NCBI RefSeq assembly: GCF_006345805.1
Contig: NW_021832642.1
Span: 1 to 30,178 of the forward strand
Direction of reading: 5' to 3'
DNA: 30,178 nt
From: Octopus sinensis
Taxonomy: Eukaryota
Below, one piece after another: positions 1 to 11,245 of the stretch (within the stretch, counting starts at the first letter, position 1; each line of letters begins with the position of its first letter). The position numbers and the translations under genes are program-made. The notes below the pieces were generated by a model that saw only the letters and a program-made list of their open reading frames with translations, did not search any database and was not told the origin of the DNA.

Positions 1-34
1 CGTCGTTGCTCGCCCGAACGGCACAAGTTCGCCA

Positions 35-1067
35 CGGAACCCAAAGAGGAGAGAGGAGAGATACAACAACAACCACAACCGCAGCAGCACAGAGATACAG
101 AGGCACAACCCGAGAGATACAACCCAAAGAGAGGCAAGGCAACAGAGACACTGCTTATATTTAACAGCGACTAGTTTATATGACAATCAATTGCTACACA
201 TCAAATACATTTAAGGCAAACAACAAATCAATCCATCATACGGGTATACCACAGATCAAAGCATTTAACAACATGCATGTAACAATATATCAGTCCGAAG
301 ACACGACAAGTCATATACAGTATTTCAAAGGTACAATTCAAAGTTCACGTCCGAAGACAACAGTTTTTTTAAAGTCTCTTTTCTAAACATCACAGATAAC
401 GTCACATCAACACAATTCTGAACATAAATACCACAACTCGATAATCGACATATCGACAAACCCTTGACTGTTCTTTTCACTGTTCAATACACCGTGACAC
501 GTATCAATGCACAATCACATACCTCAATTCCCAATTGAATCGCCAGTGTCCCATTCTGCGCTCATCTCTGAATACTGCTAATTCCTCTGAATACTGCTAA
601 TTCCCTTCTGTGCCGCCAAGCTCTCTCGCATCCAACTTGCTCCTAAAATTCCGACGCCTCTAAGATTCCATCTACTCGCTCTGACTTCCAGAATCCGACT
701 GTCTTCTTCGAGGACCGGCCAGCGACTGCCAAGACCTCACTTCGTCTCTGTCCTTGCTTCCACTCCCTCATCTCCCTCTGTGTCTACCACTTATAGCCTT
801 TCTATTTCCTATCTGATTCCTTACTCTATCTCTATTCTCAATCTGTCCCCTACTGCTTATACTCTATCTCTTTCATGACAGCTAGATTCTTCCTCTCTAT
901 CTGCTCTTAGCCTTTATACTCTATCTTCCTCTTTCACTTTCTCTCTGACCTCTAATTCACCCGAAAGGGGTAGCCGAACCGATCAATCCACCTGAATCTG
1001 ACAGGACAATGGGTTTATCCTAATGTAGGTCACTGCCAACTGTCCTTAGACTGAACTATTCACAACA
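35..1067 (-). mobile_element. Possible LTR or LTR-like terminal region, probably extending beyond the left window edge
   Basis: On the - strand it starts TGTTGTGAAT at 1067 beside a (TA)n tract, with strong purine/pyrimidine asymmetry and TATA-like motifs. PBS-like TGGCGAAC at 34-27. No second LTR and no coding region in the window. Confidence 0.3.
566..603 (+). repeat. Perfect 19-bp tandem duplication
   Basis: CTCTGAATACTGCTAATTC twice (566-584, 585-603). Confidence 0.95.
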
Positions 1068-1090
1068 ATATATATATATATATATATATA

Positions 1091-1329
1091 TGGTGGAGGC
1101 GCAATGGCCTAGTTGTCGCAGGATCGCAGTTTGATTCCCAGACTGGGCGTTGTGAGTGTTTATTGAACGAAAATACCTAAACGCTCCATGAGGCTCCGGC
1201 AGGGAGTGGTGATCCCTGCTGTACTCTTTCACCACCCTTTCTTCTGTCGGCCTGCTCGCTTAGCCAGCGGGGTGGCGTCATTTGAAGGCTAAAACAATGC
1301 GAACGCATTGTGACCAGCGATGTGTAACT
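1091..1329 (+). mobile_element. tRNA-derived SINE (cephalopod type)
   Basis: A-box-like TGGCCTAGTTG and B-box-like GTTTGATTCCC. Its 3' tail GCATTGTGACCAGCGATGTGTAAC is shared with the SINE at 9556-9826. Flanked by TA tracts. Confidence 0.8.
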
Positions 1330-1333
1330 ATAC

Positions 1334-1389
<56 letters not shown>

Positions 1390-1391
<2 letters not shown>

Positions 1392-2668
1392 GGAAGGTAG
1401 ACAAATCACAAACGCCTTCAGATAGACGGCTTTTCTCAATCTGTAGAAAAGGCGTAGGTAGAAACTCTATAAGATGCACCAAGTGTAAGCTATGGACACA
1501 TAAGAGGTGCAGCAATGTCAAAGGAAGGCTAACTAGGAAGATAGTTTTAGTATGTGGCAGATGCTCAGGAGCAATAAACACTGAAAATACGCAGAGACCA
1601 TCTTCTGCCACATTCCAGGGGGAAAAACTAGAAATAGTTGATACCTTCCGTTACTTAGGTGACCAAGTCAGTAGCAGGGGCGGGTGTGCTGAAATTGTAA
1701 CTGCTAGAGAAAGAATAGCCTGGGCAAAGTTCAGAGCGCTCTTACCTCTGCTGGCGATAAAGGGCCTCTCGCTCAGAGTAAAAGGCAGACTGTATGACGC
1801 ATGTGTACAAACAGCCATGCTACATGGCAGTGAAACTTGGGCCGTGACAGCTGAGGATATGCGTAAGCTCGCAAGAAATGAAGCCAGTATGCTCCAATGG
1901 ATGTGTAATGTCAGTGTTCATACCCGACAGAGTGTAAGTACCTTGAGAAAAAGTTGGACCTAAAAGCATCATTGTGGTGTGTGCAAGAGAGGCGTTTGCA
2001 CTGGTATGGTCATGTGTCAAGAATGGATGAAGATAGTTGTGTGAAAAAGTGCCACACCCTGGCGGTTGAGGGAACCTGTGGAAGATATAGACCCAGGAAA
2101 ACCTGGGACGAGGTGGTGAAGCACAACCTTCAATCTTTAGGTCTCACCGAGAAATGATCAGAGACCGAGACCTTTGGAAGTATGCTGTGCGTGAGAAGAC
2201 CCGGCAGGACAAGTGAGGCCATAACCCGTGGCCTCTACCTGGGATGTAGCCAGTCCACCTATGCATTCCTTTCCTTCTTGGGACACAAAACTCTACTTGC
2301 GAAGACCTGTTGAGGCAAGTGAAAATCAAAATCGAAATCAATCAACATCAATGGAATTTGTAGCTGTGATACCAGTGCCGGTGGCACGTAAGAGTACCAT
2401 CCGAACTTGACCATAGCCAGTGCCACCCTGACTGGCCTCCTTGCCAGTGGCACGTGAAAATCACCATCCGAGCGTGGCCGTTTGCCAGCCCCGTCTGGCA
2501 CATGTGTCGGTGGCACGTAAAAAGCACCCACTACACTCACAGAGTGGTCGGCATTAGGAAGGGCTTCCAGCCGTAGAAACACTGCCGGACCAGACTGGGC
2601 CTGGTGCAGCCTCCTGGCTTCCCAGGCCCTAGCATGGAAAGCGGATGTTAAAAGATGGTGATGATGAT
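1390..2668 (+). mobile_element. 5'-truncated RTE-clade LINE: RT C-terminus with PHD-like insert plus 3' UTR, frameshifted
   Basis: Open frame ...LEIVDTFRYLGDQVSS...AWAKFRALLPLL...LYDACVQTAMLHGSETWAVT..., frameshift near 1955, then RRLHWYGHVSRM...GRYRPRKTWDEVV. Ends in a (GAT)n tail. Confidence 0.9.
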
Positions 2669-3891
2669 ATATACGCATATATATATGTGATTTGGGGTGT
2701 ATGAGTATATATATATATGTTTTATGATTTAAAAGGCTCCAGCTAGGGCGTGGTTGAAAAAATCTTATGAATTCGAGCCATATTCATTATTCAATAGAAA
2801 TCTAATCTGTTTCTCCTCGAAATATTTAACTTTCTATGTAAAGCGACAACGTGACTTAACTATGAAAATGAGAATGCGAGACTAAGAGAGAGAGGGGGGA
2901 GCGAGACAGAGGCGGGGAGCGATAAAGCATAGAGCGATATAACAACGCAACAACTCTGTCAGGCGGTACTGGCAATGGCCACACTCGAAATGGTGAATTT
3001 TGCGTGCCACCTGCACAGAAGCCAATCAGCTGCTCTGACAATGATCATAGTAGATACGTTGGTAGTGCTGGACATGACCAGTGGCGTAAGCCATTCGTTC
3101 AAGGGACCGTTCCTTTATACTTCAGAGTAGGTGGGGTAGTCAGTGTTCTTCAGACATCTGGAAGCCTTCTTAAGAATGTTCCACATCTTAAAGCAAGGAA
3201 AAGTCTTTTTAATTAATGCAAGGGCCGTTAGAAGAGAGGGTGCAAAAGCCTTGCATATCTGCTCAGATGCTTCCAGCAGTCTCACAAGTACCAAATGGAT
3301 TACTCGGAGGCACCAATGTGGCCATGGACAAAATAATATATGGTCATCCAGATTGTATCCACGAGGTGGAGTTAAAAGGTTCACCTTAGTTATTTTTAAT
3401 AAAAAATAACTTACCCATCTACATCGAAAGAGTCACCTTGAGCAGCAATTTACCCGTTCCACAAATCCACCAGTGTAATCTATCTCTATATACATGCATA
3501 CTTTCATATACACACACACACACACACACAATTTGAGATATCTTGTATCCAGAAGACCTAAATGGCAGGTAAGGTAGGTGCTACAGGAGGACCACTGTTA
3601 GACTCCCGGTTCAATAATAGTATGAGCGAGGGGAGCCAACGCGGGTCGTGTGTGAGTATGTATATGTTGAATAAAGTGAGACAACAAAGCCAAGGCAGTG
3701 TGACATTTTTGGGACATTTATAAAGAGAAAGGTAGTCTTACAGTGATATTCCCCTTGGATTAGATAGATGGAAGAGCATTGTAGAAAATGAAGGAGGGTA
3801 TATTTTAGATTAAAATACGACTTTGCTTATCGTAATTTTGGAAAATAAAAGAAGCATAAAAAAACTCCATTATTTATGGGATGACCCGATA

Positions 3892-3955
3892 TATGTGTGT
3901 GTGTATATATACACATATATGTACACACGCACACACACACACACATACACACACA

Positions 3956-4000
<45 letters not shown>

Positions 4001-4046
4001 TATATATATATATATATACATACATACATACACACATACATACATA
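3892..4046. repeat. Compound (CA)n/(TA)n/(CATA)n microsatellite
   Basis: Direct inspection. Confidence 0.95.
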
Positions 4047-4059
4047 GTATGTTAGTAAA

Positions 4060-4720
4060 AAGCTCAGAGACGATAGTAACATTGACCATCAAAGCAGTCT
4101 ATCATGGACCAATAGCCAGGTAACTACCTCCCACTTTGAAGGGTATGTGTTTGCAATCCAGGAACAGGAAATATCAACCTGATGTGCAAAAGGGGTAGAG
4201 ATGCAGGAGAAGCAGTAAAATATGGCAAGCGACACCTACATTGTGGAATTAACACTGACGATATCAGCCACATCACACGTCATTGTCCAAAAATGTCATC
4301 ACGGTTCTCTACCAATGAGACATGATGTTGTAGCAAGGACACTCTATAATGAAATCTGTCAGAAGGATAACCGTGCGGACAGAGAAATAAGAACCCACAG
4401 TACAGTAGAAACCATAGCCACTGGTGGAATGTCCCAGTGAACAGCTCAGTAAAATGTAAGCACAAAAGACCTGATATAATGATTTGGGATAGAGGAGAGA
4501 AACTGTGTAGAGTTGTGGAAATTAGCGGCCCAACAGATGTTAACATAAATCTGAAGATGAGTGAAAAAGAGAATACCTACATTGAACTATTGAGAAATCT
4601 GCAGTTAATCTATCCAGATTACAAGTTCAGGCTTATACCTGTAGTTATTGGGGCCCTGTGGATATGAAACATACTGCCTAAATACCAATCTTCAGAAATT
4701 AAGCTTCTCAAAAATCTTTA
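4060..4720 (+). mobile_element. Degenerate R4/Dong-like non-LTR retrotransposon 3' end with restriction-like endonuclease
   Basis: GYVFAIQEQEI...LPMRHDVVARTLYN and KHKRPDIMIWDRGEKLCRVVEISGP...EKENTYIEL...IPVVIGAL carry the PD-(D/E)xK RLE signature. Confidence 0.8.
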
Positions 4721-4729
4721 AAACATGAA

Positions 4730-5040
4730 CTCATGACGACAAGCGAGAAATTTTGCTATCACATGCAAATTTTTGAACAAGCCAATATCAATCGTGAGTT
4801 TGCTTCCAACCCACAAGCATTATAGAGAGAGACAAGGAAGGAAAACATTACCATTAAGAAAGTTCCCTCCCGAGAAGCTCTACAATCATTCTGGGGAAAA
4901 TTTGGAATGAAAAGTTGTTTTGCAACCTCAATGCATCATGGTTAAATAGAACTGAGAAAGAATACTGTACTAACACTAACAGTAAAACATACAAAATTGA
5001 TGCAGAAACCTTTACTATAGCAGTAGGAAATCTCTTAACT
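4730..5040 (+). mobile_element. Degenerate pre-RT region of an R4/Dong-like element
   Basis: NREFASNPQAL...KVPSREALQSFWGKIW...NASWLNRTEKEYC resembles the pre-RT segment of R4-clade ORFs. Confidence 0.55.
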
Positions 5041-5100
5041 GCACAGCCACGCTTGTACCTATTTTATACAGTCACAAACATATATATATATCTATAAATC

Positions 5101-5384
5101 ACTGTAGTGTCCAGATGATCAGCCATTGCTGTGCCCTGCTGGTCACACTGCAATTCTTCACGTTATTCTGAGGACTAAGGTGTATAAGCGACACAGATCA
5201 TGATATTCTCCTGAAACAGGGCACCAGTCGATCACAGGGTTATTTATTTACAGCTCAGTTGACGGGAACAATGTGAAATGAGGTATTCATCTGAGGGCCT
5301 CTAAGCACCATCCTCTGGGATTCGAAATCATGAACACAAGATCGGGAACGCCATAGTGTAATCACTAGGCCACACATGTTTACA
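5101..5384 (-). mobile_element. Diverged tRNA-derived SINE
   Basis: The - strand head GTGTGGCCTAGTG ... GATTTCGAATCCC gives A/B boxes. Body and tail resemble the 9556-9826 SINE. Confidence 0.65.
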
Positions 5385-6029
5385 ATGTGTGTGTTGTGAG
5401 AGAGAGAGAGAGAGAGAGAGAGTGAGTGTTGTATGATCATGTTTCCATATAGGTGTTGCCCAATAAACCAATGATAAAAATGTTAACAAGTTGTCAAGCT
5501 TTTATTTGTTATGAAATAAAAAAGTTTAAATGGGCTTCATATAATCTCCATACATAGGTGTGAGTGTGTATGTGTGTACTAAATGAATTGAATTAGACTG
5601 TGAGAGGATAAGTTGTAAACAACATTCAAGGTCACAGAAATTCATGTCAGTTAGAGTAGCATGATATTGAGTGAACGTAATAAAAGGAAGATAGAATGTA
5701 TAGATAAATAAAATTCCGCGAAAAACACAATGAATAGCCTTATTGGCTGAGACGACTTACTTCCTTTTACTACAATTATATAAACTTATGAATCTAATAT
5801 CATTTTATTCATACCAGCGAGAGAACTTGATTGATATCTCCAACTTTACACCTCCGAACAAACTTACTCAGCTGAGAACCTTAAAACTCAAACTTATCCA
5901 ACTGAAAACTTCTGATTCAAGGTAAAGAAAAAATTTTCTCGTCTTAAATCTTGTCATATATATATATATAATATTTTATCTTTTACTACTTAAAGCTGTG
6001 GCCATGCTAGGGCACACTGTCATTATTGA

Positions 6030-7470
6030 GAACTTCCTCTGATATGTGGCATTTGGTGAATAAGGGAGTTTGATGTCATTGCCCTTATTTGTGCCGCCTG
6101 CCAGAAGGGAGGTTCATCCAGGATTCTCAACAGGGAGAGGTCCAGTTTTCTTTTGAAAACACATCCACTTTGTGTAGGTCCCTCATGCTTTTTGGGAGAA
6201 TATTAAAAAGCTGTGGGCATTTAAAACCCAGGCTGTTGCAGTAATAACTGGTCCTGAAATGTGAAAGCAGTGTTGCGATCTTTGGCTCTGTGCAGTGGTG
6301 ACCCGTTCTGGCGTTTGTGTAGCTTTCAAAGCCAAAATTTGGTACAATCCCTTCCGGGATCTTCCAGATGTATATCACTGTACATCTTCCCCACCTTCAC
6401 TCTAGGGAGTAAAGTCTTACCTGTTTCAGCCTTCCCCAGTAGTTGAGCTGTTGCAATGAGATGATATTCTTTTAGTAGCTTCGCTGGATTGCTTCAAGGT
6501 CCACTGTTAATTTTACCCTGTGGGGTGACCGTTGTTAGGAGCAGTAGTCCAGGCAGCTGAGGATAAATGTCCTCCAGGGGACCATCATGGTTTCTTTGTC
6601 CCTGGCTCTGAAGGTTCTCAGGATCCATCCATCCAGCCATCTGCACTTTGTCATCAGCTTGTTAAAGTGCACTTGGAAAGAGGTATCATCACTCATGTCG
6701 ATACCCAGATCACACACGTAATTGTAATTCCCCACTAGGCCAGTATATCCTGTATGTTTTCCGTTCAAATTTGGATGCTGGTAGTGTAGGGCTTGAAATT
6801 TTCCAGCATTAAACTGCATATTATTGTCCTCAGACCATCTGTAAATTGCATCCAGCTACTGCTGCAGGCATGCAACATCACTACAGTTTTGCATTTTCTT
6901 CAAAAATTTTGTGTCGTCCCGTAGCTAGCAAGGTATCAGGGCAGCGGAGAGCATATCTGAGAGGGCCACTATGAAAATCAGTGGCCCTAAGACAGTGCCC
7001 TGTGGAACACAACTCACTATTTGTGGTTCCGTTGAGGTGGTACCACTGGCTACCACTGCCTGACTTCTGTCTTTCAGAAAGGCATGTAATCATTCTCCAA
7101 GTTTTCCAGCTTTGCCAAGATCACGTAGTTTGTGGCATATCATATCATGATTAACTTTATCAAAAGCTTTTGCAAAGTATATTACATCCACATTTGAGTT
7201 GTTAAGTTACTGTTTCAGCACCCAGTCATTGTGCTATAGGAGCTGTGTCAGGCAACTTGGTCGAAAACCATGCTATCACTCAGCAAGTCACTTTCTTCCA
7301 GGAATGACTTTGCTTGAGTGTGAAGTCAGAGACATAGGCCTATAAGTTATGGCACCTGCTCTGCTTCCTCCTTCATGGATTGGGCATATTATTCCCTTCT
7401 AAAGTTTGCTTGGCAGCTTGCCATTCGCAAGAAAACTCTGGAGGAAAATCTGTAGTGGTTTTTCCTGGGC
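6030..7470 (-). mobile_element. Degenerate CR1-clade LINE reverse transcriptase fragment
   Basis: Motifs across frames: YRPMSLTS, HGFRPSCLTQLL, FAKAFDKVNH, VPQGTVLGPLIF, DDTKI, MQFNAGKF, CDLGIDM, ILRTF, LDYCS, PQLFNILP. Many stops and frameshifts. Confidence 0.88.
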
Positions 7471-7507
7471 ATATATATATATATATACATTATATATATA
7501 TATAAAT

Positions 7508-8295
7508 TTGATCATAGAACAAACATCAAATTCGAGTCATTCGAGTCAGCGACTTTATATATAACACCGTAACATTTCATCATATATAAATATTACCATG
7601 GCTCTTAAACATAAAAAGTATACATATATAAAATACACAGAAGGTAAAAAATATATACGCGAATAAAAACACAGATATTAGAACAGCCTCTCAAGAAGGT
7701 ATATACAATTGGCTAAAAATTCTAAAGCGTGTCTTGCTGCTAAAAATCCAAATAAACTAAAATAAAATATTAATCAACTAAACAAAGAATTTGTTGAGAT
7801 TCCTGTTCATCATGATGTGGGGGTCATTGCCAAGATGCGCTTTAACTCGTAATCGAACTGCGGCAATGAACTCCTGAAATAGCCATAGGTGTGTTTCACT
7901 TGATTTTGTGGAACTCTTTTTGCTCCTGGACTCTAACCTACCATGGGTTTTATGAAACAAACTTTTTTCACGTACTCTTTCATTTGAGGGGAGTAAGAAA
8001 ATTTTTCTTTTTAGTCAATATTTTATTTGGATTTTTAGTAGCATGACACACTTTAGAATTCTTAGTCGATTGTATATACCTTCTTGATAGGCCGTTCTAT
8101 ACACCTGCATTTTTATTCACATATATATTTTTTTACCTTTGATGATTTTTATGTCTACTTTATATGTTTTTTTTTATATATGTATACTCTGTATGTTTAA
8201 GAGCCATGGTAATATTTATATATGATGAAATGTTTGGAGATACGGTGTTATATATAAAGTCATTGACTCGAATTTGATGTTTGTTTTATGATCAA
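7508..8295. mobile_element. Foldback / long-TIR non-autonomous DNA element
   Basis: 7508-7781 and 8011-8295 are reverse complements (for example GATCATAGAACAAACATCAAATTCGAGTCA and ATATTACCATGGCTCTTAAACATA) around a ~230-bp spacer. No TSD seen. Confidence 0.8.
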
Positions 8296-8490
8296 TGTTT
8301 CTTTATCTCTGTCTCAGTTACATTTGAGCACTTCCTTTTTTGCAGTCCTATAAACCCTTTGTTTCCATAAAAAGGAGACAAAAAATATTTCTTGTTGTAT
8401 ACATATATATATATGTAAAAGGGCACCATTCAAGCGTGATCGTTACCAACGTCGACTTACTGGCACCTGTGCCAGTGGCATGTGTAAAAA

Positions 8491-8789
8491 GGGGTGGGGA
8501 AGGGTATCTTTTTTTCTTCGCAAATGTAAATAAACCCAATCTGTTTCTTAAACGGGGGACATATTCATACAGCACAGAATGTTTTCACCCCAAATAGACT
8601 CCAGCGATTGGTTAAAATTGCCGAAATGCTCGATTTTAAAGTGGAAATATCTTACAAACTATAGAATTTTCTCAATAAAGCCATGAAAAAATGATGTTTT
8701 ATAAACACATTCTACCAGTATATGGAGTTTAGAAGTGTTTAGTTAACTAGATATTGTGTTGACATGTGTCGTTCAAGAGGAAAAGATCC
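8491..8789 (+). mobile_element. Truncated copy of a dispersed repeat, same family as 14654-15152
   Basis: Clearly alignable with about 14855-15152, ending ...GTTCAAGAGGAAAAGATCC. Confidence 0.8.
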
Positions 8790-9124
8790 AAAATACATAT
8801 AAAAAAATAAGTAATAAAAGTAAAACACGTCTATATACACATACCCGTATGCACGTACACACAACCACGTCATACCCATACGCACGATACCCACATGTCT
8901 ATATACGCGCACACACACACACACACACACAAAATGGTTCATACACACTCTATATATACGCACATGTACAAGAAAAAAGCTAAAGGTAAAATAGAGGAAA
9001 ATGGGCAAAAAATGTGTAAAAAAGACAAAGACTAAAACACGTCTATATACACACATACTCGCATGCACGTGTGTCCACGTACAAGCTTTTTATCTCTCTA
9101 TACTTTACTTTTTACTTATATTTC

Positions 9125-9168
<44 letters not shown>

Positions 9169-9550
9169 TACATATAATATTATTTTTTATAGGTTTATTG
9201 CTATATTTTTTACACATATTTTTTCTCTCTTCTACCTTCCACCCTGCATTTTCCCTGTGCGTATGTAGACGTGTATATGGCATCTTTTGTGCGCGCGTGT
9301 GGATGTGTGCATGTGTGCGGATACGGGCGTGTATAGACGTGTGTGTGTGTGTGCATGCGAGCATGTGCGTATATATGATGTGTTTTACTCATTGTCTTTT
9401 TACATATTTTTTTACACATTTTCCTGTATTTTGCCTTTAGCCGAGTTTTTTCTTGTACATGTGTGTATATAGACGTGTGTATGAACCGTTTATTGTGCGC
9501 GCATGTGTGTGTGCATATATAGACGTGCGAGTATGCGCGTATATAGACGT
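8790..9550. repeat. Low-complexity foldback built from CACGTCTATATAC units
   Basis: About 8900-9065 is the reverse complement of about 9355-9545 (GGTTCATACAC, CACATGTACAAGAAAAAA, GCTAAAGG, GGAAAATG). A TA tract lies in the centre. Confidence 0.7.
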
Positions 9551-9555
9551 GTGTG

Positions 9556-9826
9556 TTGACCAGACTATCAAATGCTGTTACACATCCCTGGTCACAATGT
9601 GCTTTGCAATTTCATCATCATCTTTCAAGCAGGCCAGTGATGAGTGTTCCCCCTAATCACAACACAAGTCTCTTGGAGGGTGATCCATTTACAGCTGAGT
9701 GGACTGCAGCAAAGTGAAATGAGGTGTTTTTGCTGAAGAATACAAGGTACTGCTCAGTATGGGAATTGAACCCACAATCTAGCCACTGTGAGCGCAACAC
9801 CCTAACCACTAGGCCACACGCCTTTA
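9556..9826 (-). mobile_element. tRNA-derived SINE
   Basis: The - strand begins GGCGTGTGGCCTAGTGGTTAGGG ... GGGTTCAATTCCC. Tail is shared with the 1091-1329 SINE. Confidence 0.8.
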
Positions 9827-10098
9827 CACACACACGACACACACACCCATGTATACATATACATATTGTACATATGTTTTGCATATGCATGTAGGTAGTC
9901 ATTTTTACGTCTTTTTTCCATGCTAGCATGGGTTAGATGAATATGTGTATTTGATGCCTTTTTTTATTTCTGGATCCCCTTCATGTCCTTAATCCTTACC
10001 TGTTGCTCAAGTAGGGGATCTCTTATTCCAATGGTCTATTCGTCAACGGGAGAAATGATAACAATCTAATCACCGACAGCTAAGAATTGCCAGAGACA

Positions 10099-10267
10099 AT
10101 AAATGTAAACACACACACGCTTGTGTGTGTGTATGTGCTTGTGTGTGTGTGTGTGTACTTGTGTGTGTGTGTGTGTGTTTGTGTGTGCTTGTATGTGTGT
10201 GTGTGTGCTTTTGTGTGTGTGTGCTTGTGTATGTGTGTGTGCTTGTGTGTGTGTGTGTCTGTCTGCT

Positions 10268-10306
<39 letters not shown>
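10099..10306. repeat. Interrupted (GT)n microsatellite with GTGTGCTT higher-order units
   Basis: Direct inspection. Confidence 0.95.
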
Positions 10307-10549
10307 GACCAATGAGACTGTGATAAGCAGAGCAATGTAGCAAACCAAAAGATGCAACACAATGACTGTTGTTAGGTTTATTAGTGTCAAGAAGAACATT
10401 CAGCTATAAATAATTGTTGAGATAAGCTGAAGTTTCTAATATTTATGTCATTTCATGGGGGATTTGAGAAACACAGTCTTCTTTAAATTGCTCTTTACCT
10501 CATTTTATAAGTTTTTAAAAATTATCTTACTTTCCTTTTTATTCAAAAG

Positions 10550-10640
10550 ACATGGATGTAAATAAGATTATAAGCAACATTCGAATGGGACTGGGGACTT
10601 TAAGATGTTCTAAACGATTATCAAAAAAAATCCTGAAACT
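10550..10640 (+). CDS. Candidate first coding exon (E0) of the MIB2-like ankyrin gene, ATG at 10552
   Basis: Polypyrimidine tract plus AAAG acceptor (AG 10548-49) and a perfect GTAAGT donor at 10641. ATG frame reads MDVNKIISNIRMGLGTLRCSKRLSKK. The exon end reads KKNPET in the frame that joins VNNRN of the next exon, resembling MIB2 RRRPEQ|VDTK. As written the ATG frame is 1 nt out of phase. Confidence 0.5.
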
Positions 10641-10794
10641 GTAAGTTTACTTTATATTGCTTCTTCAATGTTGAATGTTTGTTTATTATTTTATACACAA
10701 TATTAAATGTTCCTAAATAACCAGATATATTCGTCCATAATATTTCATTTCTTTCTTTACCTCTTTCCTCTAATCCTCATCATTGTCACTTTTT

Positions 10795-11150
10795 ATAAAT
10801 ATTCAACCAGACAATGAGGTATGCCAGAATTGATGGAATGTGAGTGAGAGAGAAACCCATCCTCACACACTGCAATGGAGTATTCTGGCAGGAAATGTTC
10901 AGTCCAAGAGATGGGGGACAGATGGACCCAATAGATAAATGATGACTTTGTCAAGAAATTCTCTTGCCATACACAGTTAAAGGTTTTACCGACGTCAAGG
11001 GCTACAGTATTTCTTTTGCAGAAGTTGTCAAACATAACCAAAACACTGGGGAGTCACGTAGGAATCAGACCCCTGCTTGAACCGGCTTTATGGAACTGTT
11101 CTGGGGCTCATTGAATAGAGAAAGATACCCAAAGGGACAAAGATGATGGT
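10795..11150 (-). mobile_element. Old CR1/L2-group LINE RT fragment
   Basis: VALDVGKTFNCVWQ...ISWTEHFL...SIAVCEDG...INSGIP corresponds to RT motifs ALDxxKAFDxVWH...WIxxFL...GVPQG. Confidence 0.7.
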
Positions 11151-11245
11151 TGTTTATGACTTTTTACTTCATAATTGAAATATTGGAAGTTAGGATGACT
11201 GGCTGGTAGTCAGCAGATAGGACACTATCAGCAACAATTATAAAA

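Noticed and set aside
290-360. Repeated GTCCGAAGAC as a possible hammerhead core or CRISPR-like repeat
   Set aside because: Only two 10-bp copies, no GAAA or stem partners, and no regular spacers; eukaryotic context.
5818-5921. Possible upstream exon (ccag| ... CAAG|GTAAAG) that could be a 5' UTR exon of the ankyrin gene
   Set aside because: Splice signals are plausible but common by chance. The peptide shows no MIB homology and nothing else supports it without RNA data.
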